IMG/VR virus record: IMGVR_UViG_3300042197_002672
Origin: an uncultured virus (IMG/VR IMGVR_UViG_3300042197_002672)
Lineage: Duplodnaviria > Heunggongvirae > Uroviricota > Caudoviricetes
DNA: 64,000 nucleotides
Reading direction: 5' to 3' (one strand)
Each line of letters starts with the position of its first letter. Positions within the stretch are counted from its first letter, which is position 1. The notes beneath the pieces were generated by a model. It was not told the origin of the DNA, ran no database searches, and saw only the letters and a program-made list of their open reading frames with translations. The position numbers were made by a program, and so were the translations under genes. Positions 19,525-30,058 of the stretch are shown in pieces.

Positions 19525-20609
19525 ATTCTTACCATATCTAAATAGTTAGTACCTAACTTTTTATTAACCAAAAAATTACCAAAAATTGTATTTTTGTACA
19601 ATGAAACGATATCATTTGCGATATCTAGATCAGATTCGTTTAAGTCTATAATTAGACTATCATGTAATGGAAATGATACATAACTTTTTCTTCCTGAGAG
19701 CATTTCTTGCATTTTCATCATTTGAAAATAAAAGATATAAGAAAAAGTAGATTGACAAAGATAGTTTAAGAAATGAAAATCATCACTTTTTATCTTTTTA
19801 TTGAATGGAGTTATAACATGATCATCTATAAAGTATTTTTCTTTAAGTTTTTTGATATCAAAGAGTCTTGATAATTGACCTATATTTTCATTTCCTGAAT
19901 ATATTGTTGTTATGATAGCCTTCTTTATGTCATCTCTTGACATAGAGTTTTTATAACACTCTTTATTTATATATTGATACACATCACCGTCTGGCTGTTC
20001 CATGTCACATAAGTAAAGAAGCGTTCTTATTTCTGCTCCATTGTGATCTAACTCTAGGAAATAATCATTTTTTGGAAAGAGATACTTTCTATCTTCTTTT
20101 TTAAGAGAAAGAATTGGAAAAGTTTTATGGCAAGTTCCAAGCCTTCCTGTCTTTGTAAAAGGATGTAACATTATTTTGTTGCCATATTTTTCAACCATTT
20201 CATGGTTTGAAATATTCAGACTTTTTGTTGATATTTTATACAGAGATGATAATAAAGATTTAATTATATCATAGTCATCTGGTTTTTCAAAATTACTTAT
20301 TACAAATTCGCATACTTTATTATGATAATCTGCATACTCTTCAAGTAAATGAAGAGGCATATATTCATATAAATTAACATTTAAAATGTTAATTTTAGAA
20401 GACTCAATAGATTTGATATAATTAAATATCTTTGTAAGTACGGAATTGTCTATTTTTGCCAAAGATGCTATTTCGTTTATGTAAGGATTGTACGCATATA
20501 TAGAGCAATATTCAATATTTGATAAATCATAATTTGGTTGATAAGACCAGGTACAATACAACTCTTCTTTACATAAAGATAGCTTCTGAGACTGGTGAAA
20601 TGGTATCAT
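19521..20609 (-). CDS. Minimal family A DNA polymerase domain
   Basis: TGRL; motif A ELDHNGAEIR; motif B RDDIKK..IY; NYLCQST; motif C LHDS. Confidence 0.75.
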   Translation of the reverse strand: MIPFHQSQKLSLCKEELYCTWSYQPNYDLSNIEYCSIYAYNPYINEIASLAKIDNSVLTKIFNYIKSIESSKINILNVNLYEYMPLHLLEEYADYHNKVCEFVISNFEKPDDYDIIKSLLSSLYKISTKSLNISNHEMVEKYGNKIMLHPFTKTGRLGTCHKTFPILSLKKEDRKYLFPKNDYFLELDHNGAEIRTLLYLCDMEQPDGDVYQYINKECYKNSMSRDDIKKAIITTIYSGNENIGQLSRLFDIKKLKEKYFIDDHVITPFNKKIKSDDFHFLNYLCQSTFSYIFYFQMMKMQEMLSGRKSYVSFPLHDSLIIDLNESDLDIANDIVSLYKNTIFGNFLVNKKLGTNYLDMVRI

Positions 20610-21534
20610 TCTTTAATCCAGAAGAATTTAGGATTTTCATGGATTCTGCATACCCTAACTTCTGCTGTACATCAATAATAGCAGGAAGAAGACCTTCAAC
20701 TGGTAGATTTTTTTCAAATAATCTTCGATCTGTTAGAAATCTAAAAAATGAAGTGTTGTCTATTTCAAAACTTGAATTTCTTACATCTATTCTATTTTTA
20801 TGAACATTTCTGTATATGTCCCAGCATTTTTGAAAAAAATTTTTATAAAAAATGAAAAGATTTTGGTTGTCAGCAGGTAGATAATCTGAATAATTATAAT
20901 CCTGCTCTATCTTGTATACTAAGATATTTGGTCTATTTTTGTGTAAATAAAAATTGTGTTTATTGCAAAGATTACAAAAATAACTAAAATACTGATCTTC
21001 ATACATGTCTCTTTTTTCCACGATGTCTTCTGTGTATTTTATAGCTAATCCTGTAGTAAATATATCACAAATTCCTGTTTCTAATACGTGATATATTGTA
21101 AACTTATTGTTGTTGTGCTTTAGGTATTGTAAGAAATTATTTATCATGCCATAACATGTTACATCGTCTTTTCCAAGATACATGTACAATTTAAATAAAT
21201 AATAAAGATAATTAAAATATTGTATAAATGGGCTACTGTATGCTTTCTTTACACCTATATTGTTTATATGAAATATACTACTCTTATCTATATTTCCTAT
21301 GTAAGAAGAGTGATTTATGTTTTCCATAAGAGATTCAAAAGAATCTGCAACTTTTTTTAAAACAGAAAACTCTTCAAAATCTTTTATTTGTCTTATATTA
21401 TCTGTGTTTGGAACATAATAAGAATAAGAATTAACTTTACCATACTCTATATATTTTGAAAAATCTAGAATGTTTGGTCTTGTTCTGTCTAGCAAGTTAT
21501 AGATAATTTCTTGATCAAAAAAATCTTTAAGCAT
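20569..21534 (-). CDS. Hypothetical protein
   Basis: 321-aa ORF with SD GGAG, co-oriented in operon. Confidence 0.65.
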   Translation of the reverse strand: MLKDFFDQEIIYNLLDRTRPNILDFSKYIEYGKVNSYSYYVPNTDNIRQIKDFEEFSVLKKVADSFESLMENINHSSYIGNIDKSSIFHINNIGVKKAYSSPFIQYFNYLYYLFKLYMYLGKDDVTCYGMINNFLQYLKHNNNKFTIYHVLETGICDIFTTGLAIKYTEDIVEKRDMYEDQYFSYFCNLCNKHNFYLHKNRPNILVYKIEQDYNYSDYLPADNQNLFIFYKNFFQKCWDIYRNVHKNRIDVRNSSFEIDNTSFFRFLTDRRLFEKNLPVEGLLPAIIDVQQKLGYAESMKILNSSGLKNDTISPVSEAIFM

Positions 21535-21550
21535 ATTTTTAAAAATCTCC

Positions 21551-23968
21551 TTAAAAAGTTATTGAAGTATAAAAATCTAATTCTTCAGCAGCTTTTCCTT
21601 GAGACTCAATATTTCCAATATTTGGTTTTAAAGGATTGTTCATCCTGGCCCTTTTCTCAGCTGCTTGTAACATATCAGCTTGGTTACTATAGAAATCTGT
21701 ACCAGCAAATTGCCAAAATCCTTTTACTGTCATATCGTATTTATGAGGTTGTATTGTTGTTTCGATGCCATTTATTAAATAGTATCCTCCTATACCAAGG
21801 AGATTTTGTGCAGCCCGACCTATATCTCCCATGTAACTAGCATCTACAAAGAAATAAGAGCCGTTATAAAACAATGGATTTCCTATAAGATTTGCAGTAC
21901 AATCATATTGCTCTCTTAATATTTGTCCTGCTGTATTTAACTGATCTCCTACCATTCTTGCTGACCTATATTCAGAAAAATCTGTCTTTTCAAAAGAAAT
22001 ATTCTTTAATAGTCCATCAGTCTGTCCAAGTCTAAGATGTTGTACTCCATTTATTAAATCTTGCTCTAGTTTTCCAACAAGAGATCCTGGTGTTGGCCAC
22101 AATAAATTTATTACCATATACTGGTATGTTTTTTTAGATTTATTTATCTCTTTTTCTGAAGTTTTTACTAGCTGTTTAATATCTGTATCTTTTAATCTCT
22201 TTTTTCTAGGCAAATCTTCTGATGAGGTTATTACGGTTATATCTGGAGTAAAGTTTGCAAATAAAGGTTGTCCTTTGCCCGACTTAAACCCAAGTAATGG
22301 TATTATTAAAGTATTTAATGACTCAAGCAAAAAATGCTTTAGATAAAAAACCTCTTTTCTTTCTTTTATTACTGTATTAAAAAACCATTGATTGAACAAT
22401 TCAATAGATATTGGAATATCTGCTAAATTCATCATATATGCTGTCTGGGTTTGATTGTTGTAGTATTTTATTCCTCCCAATACAATCCGATACTGATCTA
22501 GTTCAGTACTCCCTAAAGAAGATAAAATAGATTGAATTAGATCTCCATATGTAAAAAATGATATTTTGATTTTATCATCATCTATTTCGTCTTCGTCTGG
22601 ATCTGGTTGTGTACCAACCCCTTCTGGTTCTGCTGAACCTTGAAATTCTATTCCATCAGATTCTACAGAAACTATATTTGAAGACACTGTGAAATTTGGA
22701 ACTGGATTAGCTGTTGATGTAACTGCATATAATATCCTATGAACTTCAGGATCTTTTTCTATAAAATCTTGAGAAGCTGCTGAATTATAAAATATTTGAG
22801 CAAATGGACTGGAAGAATTTGCTACTCCTGATGATACTGACTCTGGTGTAAGTACGGGTACTGCAATTTTAAAAGGTTCTGGTTTAAACCATTCTTCTAA
22901 AACTTCTATTGAGTATATTTCACTTTTTCCATATAAGTCATTTAAAAAACTAGAATATATATATGTTAATAATTCTTTTTTAATTTTTTGAATTTCTTCT
23001 TCTTTTTTCTTTATTGACTTATCTAAATCAGATGTTTCTCTTTTTTGAGAAAATTGTTCGTTATATAGGAGTATTTCATCTTTTTTCTTTAGTAAATCTT
23101 CTATCTCTTTTTTAAGAGTTTTATATTTTTCTAAATTTTGTTTTATATCTGCTTTTGGGTTTGGCCCAAGTCTTTTATCTAAAGCGTCAAGTCCTACTAA
23201 ATCAGCTCTTTCTGATTCAAAAGCACCTTCTATTGCGCCTTGGTAGTTAATTGTTAAATTAATCTTACCATTTGTCTTGAAAGAAAGATTATGGCCTATA
23301 AGCTCAAATAAATAAAGTTTATTACATTTTTCTATAGCTTGTTTAAACTCATCATCAATATAATTGGAATTATCTTCTGGAATTCTCCACCCTACTCGAA
23401 CTCTTAGTCTATAATCAAGAGGATCATCTTTTGATACTTTTTTAGGAGTAGTTATCAGTTCTTTTATGTTTGATTGAAGTAGCGCTGCCGCATTTTCAAA
23501 CACAAGTTCAAGAGTTGCTTTTATATTCACATCCGCTAGATTTTCTGGTCTTTCTTCAATTAGAAGTCTTTTTATGCCACAACCAGAAACAGGAGCACCA
23601 TCTTTTGATAACACATCAATTTTTGGATCTTGAATGAAATTAACGTATTCTTCTGTAAAATATCCTGTAAATTGTATTGGAGTTTCTATACCATCAGATG
23701 TAACTCTGGATATTTCCAAGATAGGAACTAAAAAATTTCTCTCTAAATTTGTCATATTTGTAAATCTAGAAGATAATTTTGGGTCAATACCTGTCATTCT
23801 ATTTATTGTTAGTTCAGGATCGTTTACATCTAGAATATAAAACATTCTATTAGAATTTTGTTGAAAAGATTCTAAATTTCTTCTTTTAAAGAAATCTGTT
23901 ATTTTTTTACAATTTCTCAATAAGATATTTTGTTTACTTTCTGCTATAGAAATATTTTTATTTGTCAT
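21551..23968 (-). CDS. Putative baseplate hub protein
   Basis: 805 aa, downstream of LysM/baseplate genes; C-terminal LIGNPLF...LGIGGYYLI hub-like beta region. Confidence 0.55.
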   Translation of the reverse strand: MTNKNISIAESKQNILLRNCKKITDFFKRRNLESFQQNSNRMFYILDVNDPELTINRMTGIDPKLSSRFTNMTNLERNFLVPILEISRVTSDGIETPIQFTGYFTEEYVNFIQDPKIDVLSKDGAPVSGCGIKRLLIEERPENLADVNIKATLELVFENAAALLQSNIKELITTPKKVSKDDPLDYRLRVRVGWRIPEDNSNYIDDEFKQAIEKCNKLYLFELIGHNLSFKTNGKINLTINYQGAIEGAFESERADLVGLDALDKRLGPNPKADIKQNLEKYKTLKKEIEDLLKKKDEILLYNEQFSQKRETSDLDKSIKKKEEEIQKIKKELLTYIYSSFLNDLYGKSEIYSIEVLEEWFKPEPFKIAVPVLTPESVSSGVANSSSPFAQIFYNSAASQDFIEKDPEVHRILYAVTSTANPVPNFTVSSNIVSVESDGIEFQGSAEPEGVGTQPDPDEDEIDDDKIKISFFTYGDLIQSILSSLGSTELDQYRIVLGGIKYYNNQTQTAYMMNLADIPISIELFNQWFFNTVIKERKEVFYLKHFLLESLNTLIIPLLGFKSGKGQPLFANFTPDITVITSSEDLPRKKRLKDTDIKQLVKTSEKEINKSKKTYQYMVINLLWPTPGSLVGKLEQDLINGVQHLRLGQTDGLLKNISFEKTDFSEYRSARMVGDQLNTAGQILREQYDCTANLIGNPLFYNGSYFFVDASYMGDIGRAAQNLLGIGGYYLINGIETTIQPHKYDMTVKGFWQFAGTDFYSNQADMLQAAEKRARMNNPLKPNIGNIESQGKAAEELDFYTSITF

Positions 23969-23973
23969 AATTT

Positions 23974-24288
23974 TTACCTAACTGGCCATGGTATCTTTGT
24001 TAGCTCTTCAAATTGTTCTATTGCCTTTTTAACCACAATTTCCTGATCAAAAATTTCTCTGTTTTTAATACCTTCTTTTTGTGCAATTAAGAAATACTTT
24101 CTTTCTTGCTTAAGAGCTTCTATGAAAATAGCAATCTGCTCTTGCGTTCCTTTTATTTTAATGCTTTGAAATGATTGATCTGGTCCATTTTTTACATAAT
24201 TTTTAACAACTTCTCCAAATTTATTAATCCATTCAACATCTGGAATGTCTAAATTTATGTTTTCAAATATGATTTTAAAATTTTTCAT
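23974..24288 (-). CDS. Hypothetical protein
   Basis: 104-aa ORF within the tail operon. Confidence 0.6.
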   Translation of the reverse strand: MKNFKIIFENINLDIPDVEWINKFGEVVKNYVKNGPDQSFQSIKIKGTQEQIAIFIEALKQERKYFLIAQKEGIKNREIFDQEIVVKKAIEQFEELTKIPWPVR

Positions 24289-24300
24289 TATTTTTTTCCC

Positions 24301-24639
24301 TTATTTGTTATGTATATATTTAAATATTAACTCTATAGGTGTTGGAATTAATATAATTTGACCAACATTGACATGACTATCTGTTGGTTTTTTGTTTATA
24401 AAAGCTATGATGTACCACAAAGATGGATCTGAATAGTATTGACTTGCATATTTGTAAAATCTGTCACCACTTTTCCATGTCTCTTGAATCATTGTTATGT
24501 TATTCATTTGAGCGTTTGTTGGGTAATAAAGCTCCATTGATTCATATAGATTTATATTTTTTATATCTCTATTTTCCAACATTTCTTGGTAAACATCTTT
24601 GTCTATTTCTGCTAGTTTTCTTTTTGAATTTCTTGACAT
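24301..24639 (-). CDS. LysM-like baseplate protein (gp53/gpX-like)
   Basis: WKSGDRFYKYASQYYSDPSLWYIIAFIN...VGQIILIP. Confidence 0.8.
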   Translation of the reverse strand: MSRNSKRKLAEIDKDVYQEMLENRDIKNINLYESMELYYPTNAQMNNITMIQETWKSGDRFYKYASQYYSDPSLWYIIAFINKKPTDSHVNVGQIILIPTPIELIFKYIHNK

Positions 24640-24657
24640 TTTTTTCTCTCTTAAATA

Positions 24658-25650
24658 TTAGGGGCCACGCCGAATGTTGTTGTATCTTGGTTCAGAAATA
24701 CCTAATGCGCTATCTTCTTGTCTTGACTGCATAGAAGCACCTTCTCCTATGCTCTGGTTTTGTTCTACATTACTTTCTCCTGAAGCATCTTGGAAATCTG
24801 CATCAAAAGATCTCGTCTGGTTTTCTAATGATTGCTCTAGTGGATCTGTGAAACCTCCTTCTCCTGAAGCAGTGACAACAAGGTTTCTGTCCATTCCGTA
24901 TGGAAAAAAATCTACAGATTGATTGTCAGACTGATTTGATTCAAGATCCCATCCAAGTTTATGACTATGTAAAACTCTGTATGATATATTTAATTCTATC
25001 ATTTTTGGATAAAAATTAATTTTATCTTTAAAAAAATGGTATCCTTCCAGCGGACCTATACTTACTAATTCTGATTCACTGTTTGGTTTTTCTACAAACA
25101 TTCCTTGTTCTAGTTTTATGTTAACAGAAAATCCACCATCTATAAACCCATATAGCCCACCATTTGTATTGACATCTCTTATTAAATTTCCATATTTTAA
25201 TGTTAAAATAGGAGGAGCCCTGATGTCTGTTATATTTGCTTTAAATAAAGTTCCAGTCTGATCTGATTTTGTGAATAGTTTAGATGATATTGCTGGGTAT
25301 AAGAAGTTTGCAAGCAATCCCACGTTTCTTAAATTATCCCTTGCTTCTGCAAAGTTCCATGCAGGAATATCCCATGTTAGATTATATTTTCTTTTAGTGC
25401 TTTGATAGTTATAAATACCATCCATTCTGCCCCATACATCTTCTGATTCCCATGATGTTTCGTACTGGTCAGACATGCTTTTTAACATTGCTAAGAATTT
25501 TACAGATTTTGGTCTTTGCACTCCTGCTTGATCTGTATTTTCTTTTGCGGCCATATATCTAAATTCAAGAACAAGACCTTCATTTCTAGATCTGTCTAGA
25601 TATGTCCTGTCTGAGTTTGATACTGGATTTCTTAATTTTGCTCTTGCCAT
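24658..25650 (-). CDS. Putative tail tube initiator / baseplate protein
   Basis: Between TMP and LysM genes; W...WGRMDGIYNYQSTKR, APPILTLKYGNL. Confidence 0.6.
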   Translation of the reverse strand: MARAKLRNPVSNSDRTYLDRSRNEGLVLEFRYMAAKENTDQAGVQRPKSVKFLAMLKSMSDQYETSWESEDVWGRMDGIYNYQSTKRKYNLTWDIPAWNFAEARDNLRNVGLLANFLYPAISSKLFTKSDQTGTLFKANITDIRAPPILTLKYGNLIRDVNTNGGLYGFIDGGFSVNIKLEQGMFVEKPNSESELVSIGPLEGYHFFKDKINFYPKMIELNISYRVLHSHKLGWDLESNQSDNQSVDFFPYGMDRNLVVTASGEGGFTDPLEQSLENQTRSFDADFQDASGESNVEQNQSIGEGASMQSRQEDSALGISEPRYNNIRRGP

Positions 25651-25661
25651 AATTGTTATCC

Positions 25662-28277
25662 TTATTGAGTAGGCGAAATAGTCTTTCCTGCTGGTGTATT
25701 TGGCATGATTGTGTTATTTACTGATTTTGTTACGAATTTAGCAAGAACATGGTCGTCTATTTGCGCACTGAATGTCATTGGTTTTGACTCGGACGTTGCT
25801 TTCATTACATTCGCAAGTTCTTTTAATGCTTCTATTGTTTGTTTATCTGGTTTTATTGCAGCTATTTCTTTTATTTCTGTTTTAACAGATTCTAAAACTT
25901 TTGAAGAGTTTTCTGAAGACATTGCTAATGGTGTTACTACATTCCCAAGAGACTCCAAAAATGGTACGACTTGTGCATTAATCTTCATTTGTGATAGGGT
26001 TGGAAGATTTTCTTTTAGTGACTCCAATATTGTTTTACTATTATCTATAGCATCAGATGATATATTTCCGAATTTAGTAAAACTATCAACAACTTTTTCC
26101 AAGCCAGCAGACAATCCATCAAGTCTCTTTTCTGCATCTCCAAATTCTAACATGTCTTTTATCATGTTTACTCTTTTTTGTTCTTTTCCAATACCAGAGA
26201 AAGCTTCATCTACCGCTTCAACGCCCCATGCAAGTGCTTTTAATCCCAAAGATAGAATTGCTATAGACGCTGCTATTACAGCAACACCTCCTACTATAAA
26301 TATAGCATTCGCTAATAAAGAGGCACCTAAAGCACCTAAAGCGTTAACAAGAGCTGTTCCTGCTGTTTTGACTACTCCAGCTATTGCTTCTATCATAGGA
26401 CCTAATGCTTTTGCAACTTTCGGAAAGAAATCTTTAATTGCATTAATAAATTTACCACCAACTTCTTTTACGCTATCAATAATACCACTAGCGCCTTTAC
26501 TAAAAACTTCTCTTATTTTTTTAATTATTTTACCTATAACGCCAACTGATTCTTCGCCATCTTTATTGAAAAACTCTTTAATTTTCTTAAAGAATGTCAT
26601 AAATGCAAAAACTCCTAGGAGGATATGTGGTAAAATTCCGCCTAGAAAATCATTTAATTTTAAAAATGCAGACAATACACCATCAATAATAGATACTATT
26701 GGTGTTATTATAATAGCAAGGGCAGAAAAGATGCTATTCATTTTTTCTGTTATGTTCATAGTTGCTTCTGCTCTTTTTTTCGCTGCTTCTTCATCTACAG
26801 CTTGTTTCCCAAGAGAGCTTCTATATTCATCAATAGATTGTGTGAACATTTTTGTTGCTGTTGTCATATCGTTTATACCAGCAGCTCTTGCTATTGCTTG
26901 TTTTTCTTGTGCAGAAAGGCTTTCCCAAACTTTACCTGAAGCATGGAAAGCTTTTACCATTGCTTCTGCTCGTTCATTCTCCTTCATTTTCATCAATTCT
27001 ATTGTATTTAAATATGGCCCACCAAGAACAGCATTTAATCTAGCAACTTTAGGAACTGCTTGATCAAAAGTATCAAAGCCTTCGACCACTGATAAAAGTT
27101 CACTTGTTGACATCTTTAGGGCTTTAGCTTGTACAACTAACTTTTTAAATACTTCTGTTGATTGTTCTCCCCATTTTGTTAGTTTAGGTGCTGCTTCGTT
27201 GAAGCCCTTGAATACTTGCTGTAGTGGTATGCCCAAATCATCAGCAAGTGCCATAGCTTCTCCTCTGAATTTATTAACAGAGTCAAAACTTTGATTTAGT
27301 GTATCCATCATAAAAGATGCTGTCTTTGAGAAATCTTGAAAAGATACGCCTAATCTGTCCATTACGAAAGCTGTTTCGGCTACTTGTGTTTTTGTATCTT
27401 CTGTCATCTTTGAGAATCCAGCAAATTCATTCAAGAAGACACCAATGGCCTGAGAAGATGTTTGGAACGATACTCCCAAATCTAAATTATTTCTTGATAA
27501 ATCAAATATCATATCATTATAAACTTCACCAAGACCTGTTGCCTTTTCAAACGCATTTATCTGTTCATCCAAAGCTTTAACTGAAGATAGAATGCTTGCT
27601 CCTATCCCTGCAATTAAATTATTAAGCAAGTTTCCTGGGGAAAGGAGCGTCTTCATCACTTCTATTGTTTCGTTTATCTTTAATTGAAGTTTGGTCATTT
27701 TAACACCACCAGATTCAATTGTTTCAAACAATGAAGTGAAACCTGTTTTTGATAAATCTTTTATTTTTAAATAACTTCCTGCAACACCTAATATGTTATT
27801 TCTATATTTTTCAGAAAGATCTTTAAGCTTTAATAAGCTATCTTGTTCTTTTTTAAGGCTTTCGTTATTTGCTTTTGCCTTATTCTCAGCATCTTGTATC
27901 TCCTGTCTTAGTTGTTGTTGCCTTAAATCACTTACGCCTTTTTCTAATTCTTGTTTCTTTTCAAATATTTCTTTAGCAATCTTAAAACCTTCTTGTGTAA
28001 GTCTGATTTCTTCTTCAACTGCCTTTTTAAATACAGCTTCTGCTGTCCTTCCTAATCTTTCTAGAATCTCATTACCTTTAAACCCTTCTCTTGCAGCCTT
28101 CACCATATCATCTAACTTGCCAAAAGATTCAATCAAAACTTTTGCGTCATCTTTTAAATTATCGCCTATAGTTTTTAAAGATTCTTTTAGTTTAGCTATA
28201 TCTAAACTTAATTTCTGAAAGTCTTGTGCATTTTGATCTATTGGTGATGGTGTGTTTGTTGGTGGTGGGTTTGCCAT
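25662..28277 (-). CDS. Tail tape measure protein
   Basis: 871 aa, helical Ala/Lys-rich with hydrophobic segments; follows tail chaperone. Confidence 0.8.
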   Translation of the reverse strand: MANPPPTNTPSPIDQNAQDFQKLSLDIAKLKESLKTIGDNLKDDAKVLIESFGKLDDMVKAAREGFKGNEILERLGRTAEAVFKKAVEEEIRLTQEGFKIAKEIFEKKQELEKGVSDLRQQQLRQEIQDAENKAKANNESLKKEQDSLLKLKDLSEKYRNNILGVAGSYLKIKDLSKTGFTSLFETIESGGVKMTKLQLKINETIEVMKTLLSPGNLLNNLIAGIGASILSSVKALDEQINAFEKATGLGEVYNDMIFDLSRNNLDLGVSFQTSSQAIGVFLNEFAGFSKMTEDTKTQVAETAFVMDRLGVSFQDFSKTASFMMDTLNQSFDSVNKFRGEAMALADDLGIPLQQVFKGFNEAAPKLTKWGEQSTEVFKKLVVQAKALKMSTSELLSVVEGFDTFDQAVPKVARLNAVLGGPYLNTIELMKMKENERAEAMVKAFHASGKVWESLSAQEKQAIARAAGINDMTTATKMFTQSIDEYRSSLGKQAVDEEAAKKRAEATMNITEKMNSIFSALAIIITPIVSIIDGVLSAFLKLNDFLGGILPHILLGVFAFMTFFKKIKEFFNKDGEESVGVIGKIIKKIREVFSKGASGIIDSVKEVGGKFINAIKDFFPKVAKALGPMIEAIAGVVKTAGTALVNALGALGASLLANAIFIVGGVAVIAASIAILSLGLKALAWGVEAVDEAFSGIGKEQKRVNMIKDMLEFGDAEKRLDGLSAGLEKVVDSFTKFGNISSDAIDNSKTILESLKENLPTLSQMKINAQVVPFLESLGNVVTPLAMSSENSSKVLESVKTEIKEIAAIKPDKQTIEALKELANVMKATSESKPMTFSAQIDDHVLAKFVTKSVNNTIMPNTPAGKTISPTQ

Positions 28278-28310
28278 AAAATTTTCCTATATTTATGCAA
28301 TATAAATAGC

Positions 28311-28340
28311 AAAAACCCCAGAAAATCTGGGGTTATTTTT
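28311..28340. terminator. Bidirectional terminator hairpin
   Basis: AACCCCAGA-AAA-TCTGGGGTT flanked by A and T runs. Confidence 0.7.
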
Positions 28341-28624
28341 TATTTTTGATTCATCTGGTCGTTTTTTCTTTGAACTCTATTGTTTATACAATCCCTATGA
28401 AAACTTCTTAATCCAATTGGTAAAGATAAAATTTCGTGCAACCTCCAATTGTGCTCGCATATCATTTCGTTGATTAGCTCATGTAATTTTCCATTATATT
28501 CATCAACAAAACTTATGCCGAGTATCCAATCTTGTCGCATGAAGAACGTTGAAAATGAACATATATCAGAAATACGTTCTTCAGGCATTAAGCCAAAATT
28601 GATTATAATTTTGGAAATAAAAAA
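28340..28624 (-). CDS. Tail assembly chaperone -1 frameshift extension (lambda gpT-like segment)
   Basis: Frame open from slippery TTTTTTA (28624-28618) through ISKIIINFGL into ORF 28340-28588. Confidence 0.7.
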   Translation of the reverse strand, partial: FFISKIIINFGLMPEERISDICSFSTFFMRQDWILGISFVDEYNGKLHELINEMICEHNWRLHEILSLPIGLRSFHRDCINNRVQRKNDQMNQK

Positions 28625-29520
28625 CGTGATGTAATTGGAGCTTCCATCTCATCTTCTAGTTCGCAATTAACACATTTCCATTCTTGTTCAAGAGAAAATA
28701 CTGGTGATACCTTTTTGAGCTTCTTCTTGAAGTCCCAGATATCTGAAAGCTTGAGAGCGTCATGAACTTGTAGCTTTTGCTCTTTGGAAAGTTCTGCGTC
28801 ATTTATCCTAACAACTATTTCTGCAAATAGTGTGGAGAAATCTATTGCCTTATTTGCCGCCGTCAACTTTTCAATTCTTGATGCTAAACTTTGAGTGCTA
28901 ATTTTTGTAGCAACCCTAAGCCCAGAAGTGGGGAGAGTAAATTCGAAAATACCACCTCCTAGGTACTCAACCCCTTCTCTTTCTTCTTCTGGTAAATCAA
29001 AAAAACCAGCATTTTTTTTGCAGTCCAAGAGATCAAAGACATATTCATGCTTGTGAAAGCATGAAGGGCATGTTACTTCAACCTCATAGTCATTACCGAA
29101 TGCAGATACTCTAGCTGCTAAAATGATAGCAGTTCTATCTGCATCAACAATCTCATCGAAATGAACAGGCTTCTTTAGTTCTTCATCTAATAACAGACTC
29201 TTAACGAAAGAAGTTAATGCAATACCAGATTTAAGATAATCCTTATTTGTAAGGATCTTCTCTTCTTTACCTGATACTTGTTTAATTTCAACATGAGTTT
29301 TACCATAAAGAGGATGTGAGTCTTTATAACACAGTCCTCTTGATGGCAATTCAACTAATTCTTCATAAACAGGCAAATCAAGTTGATGGTGTGAATCATC
29401 AACATTTGCTTCTACGGGCTCTCTTATCTCTTTCTCTGGTCTGACAGCTTTCTTTTCTGGTTTGAAAGCTGCCATTCCTAAAATTTCTTTAAATTTTTCT
29501 TGATTATTTCTATCTGACAT
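28603..29520 (-). CDS. Tail assembly chaperone / gp26-like baseplate hub assembly protein
   Basis: VELPSRG, EEKILT, DRTAI, ARVSAFG, CPSC and CVNC zinc motifs; located between tube and TMP. Confidence 0.8.
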   Translation of the reverse strand: MSDRNNQEKFKEILGMAAFKPEKKAVRPEKEIREPVEANVDDSHHQLDLPVYEELVELPSRGLCYKDSHPLYGKTHVEIKQVSGKEEKILTNKDYLKSGIALTSFVKSLLLDEELKKPVHFDEIVDADRTAIILAARVSAFGNDYEVEVTCPSCFHKHEYVFDLLDCKKNAGFFDLPEEEREGVEYLGGGIFEFTLPTSGLRVATKISTQSLASRIEKLTAANKAIDFSTLFAEIVVRINDAELSKEQKLQVHDALKLSDIWDFKKKLKKVSPVFSLEQEWKCVNCELEDEMEAPITSRFLFPKL

Positions 29521-29537
29521 TATTCCTCTTTAAGTTA

Positions 29538-30035
29538 TTATACTCCGCTTATCTCTGCCCAGTCATACACAAGTGTCATTTCAATAGTGATAACTTCATT
29601 AGATTTATAGTCAAGGCTTCCGAAGTTTAATGCTGAGAACCATGCATTCTTAAGTGTCCATGTTTCTACTCCAGTTCCTGCATGATCTAACTGAGTTATT
29701 TTTACTTCTCCGATAGCTGTAGTGACAGCTTCTTTACTGACTGTCTGTAGTAAGTCAGGTGAAGATGGCCAAAAATAACCAGAATCTTTTAACTGTTTAT
29801 ATAGAGTTTTTGCCACATCTGGATTGATTGGATCATAGAAAGTCATGGAGATGTCCTGCCACTTTACACGTCCTGGATACTTGAAAGTATGATTCAAATA
29901 AGAAACTTCTGCCATTTCTACAGTTAGACTTGGCTTCTTAGCTGATGCTACAACGAATCTTGGAAGATCTCCGAAGTCAACTACGAAAGTGAATTGTCTT
30001 TTAGGCTGTGATTCTACTGCTGACCAAAATGCCAT
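29538..30035 (-). CDS. Tail tube protein (gp19-like)
   Basis: PKRQFTF, KYPGRVKWQDI, WTLKNAW, FGSLDY, YDWA. Confidence 0.9.
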   Translation of the reverse strand: MAFWSAVESQPKRQFTFVVDFGDLPRFVVASAKKPSLTVEMAEVSYLNHTFKYPGRVKWQDISMTFYDPINPDVAKTLYKQLKDSGYFWPSSPDLLQTVSKEAVTTAIGEVKITQLDHAGTGVETWTLKNAWFSALNFGSLDYKSNEVITIEMTLVYDWAEISGV

Positions 30036-30058
30036 TTTTATATTTCCCCTTTAACTAA

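Noticed and set aside
25705..27063. 452-aa + strand ORF
   Set aside because: Antisense shadow of the tape measure gene with no motifs; the same applies to the many short antisense ORFs over groEL, nrdJ, sheath and scaffold
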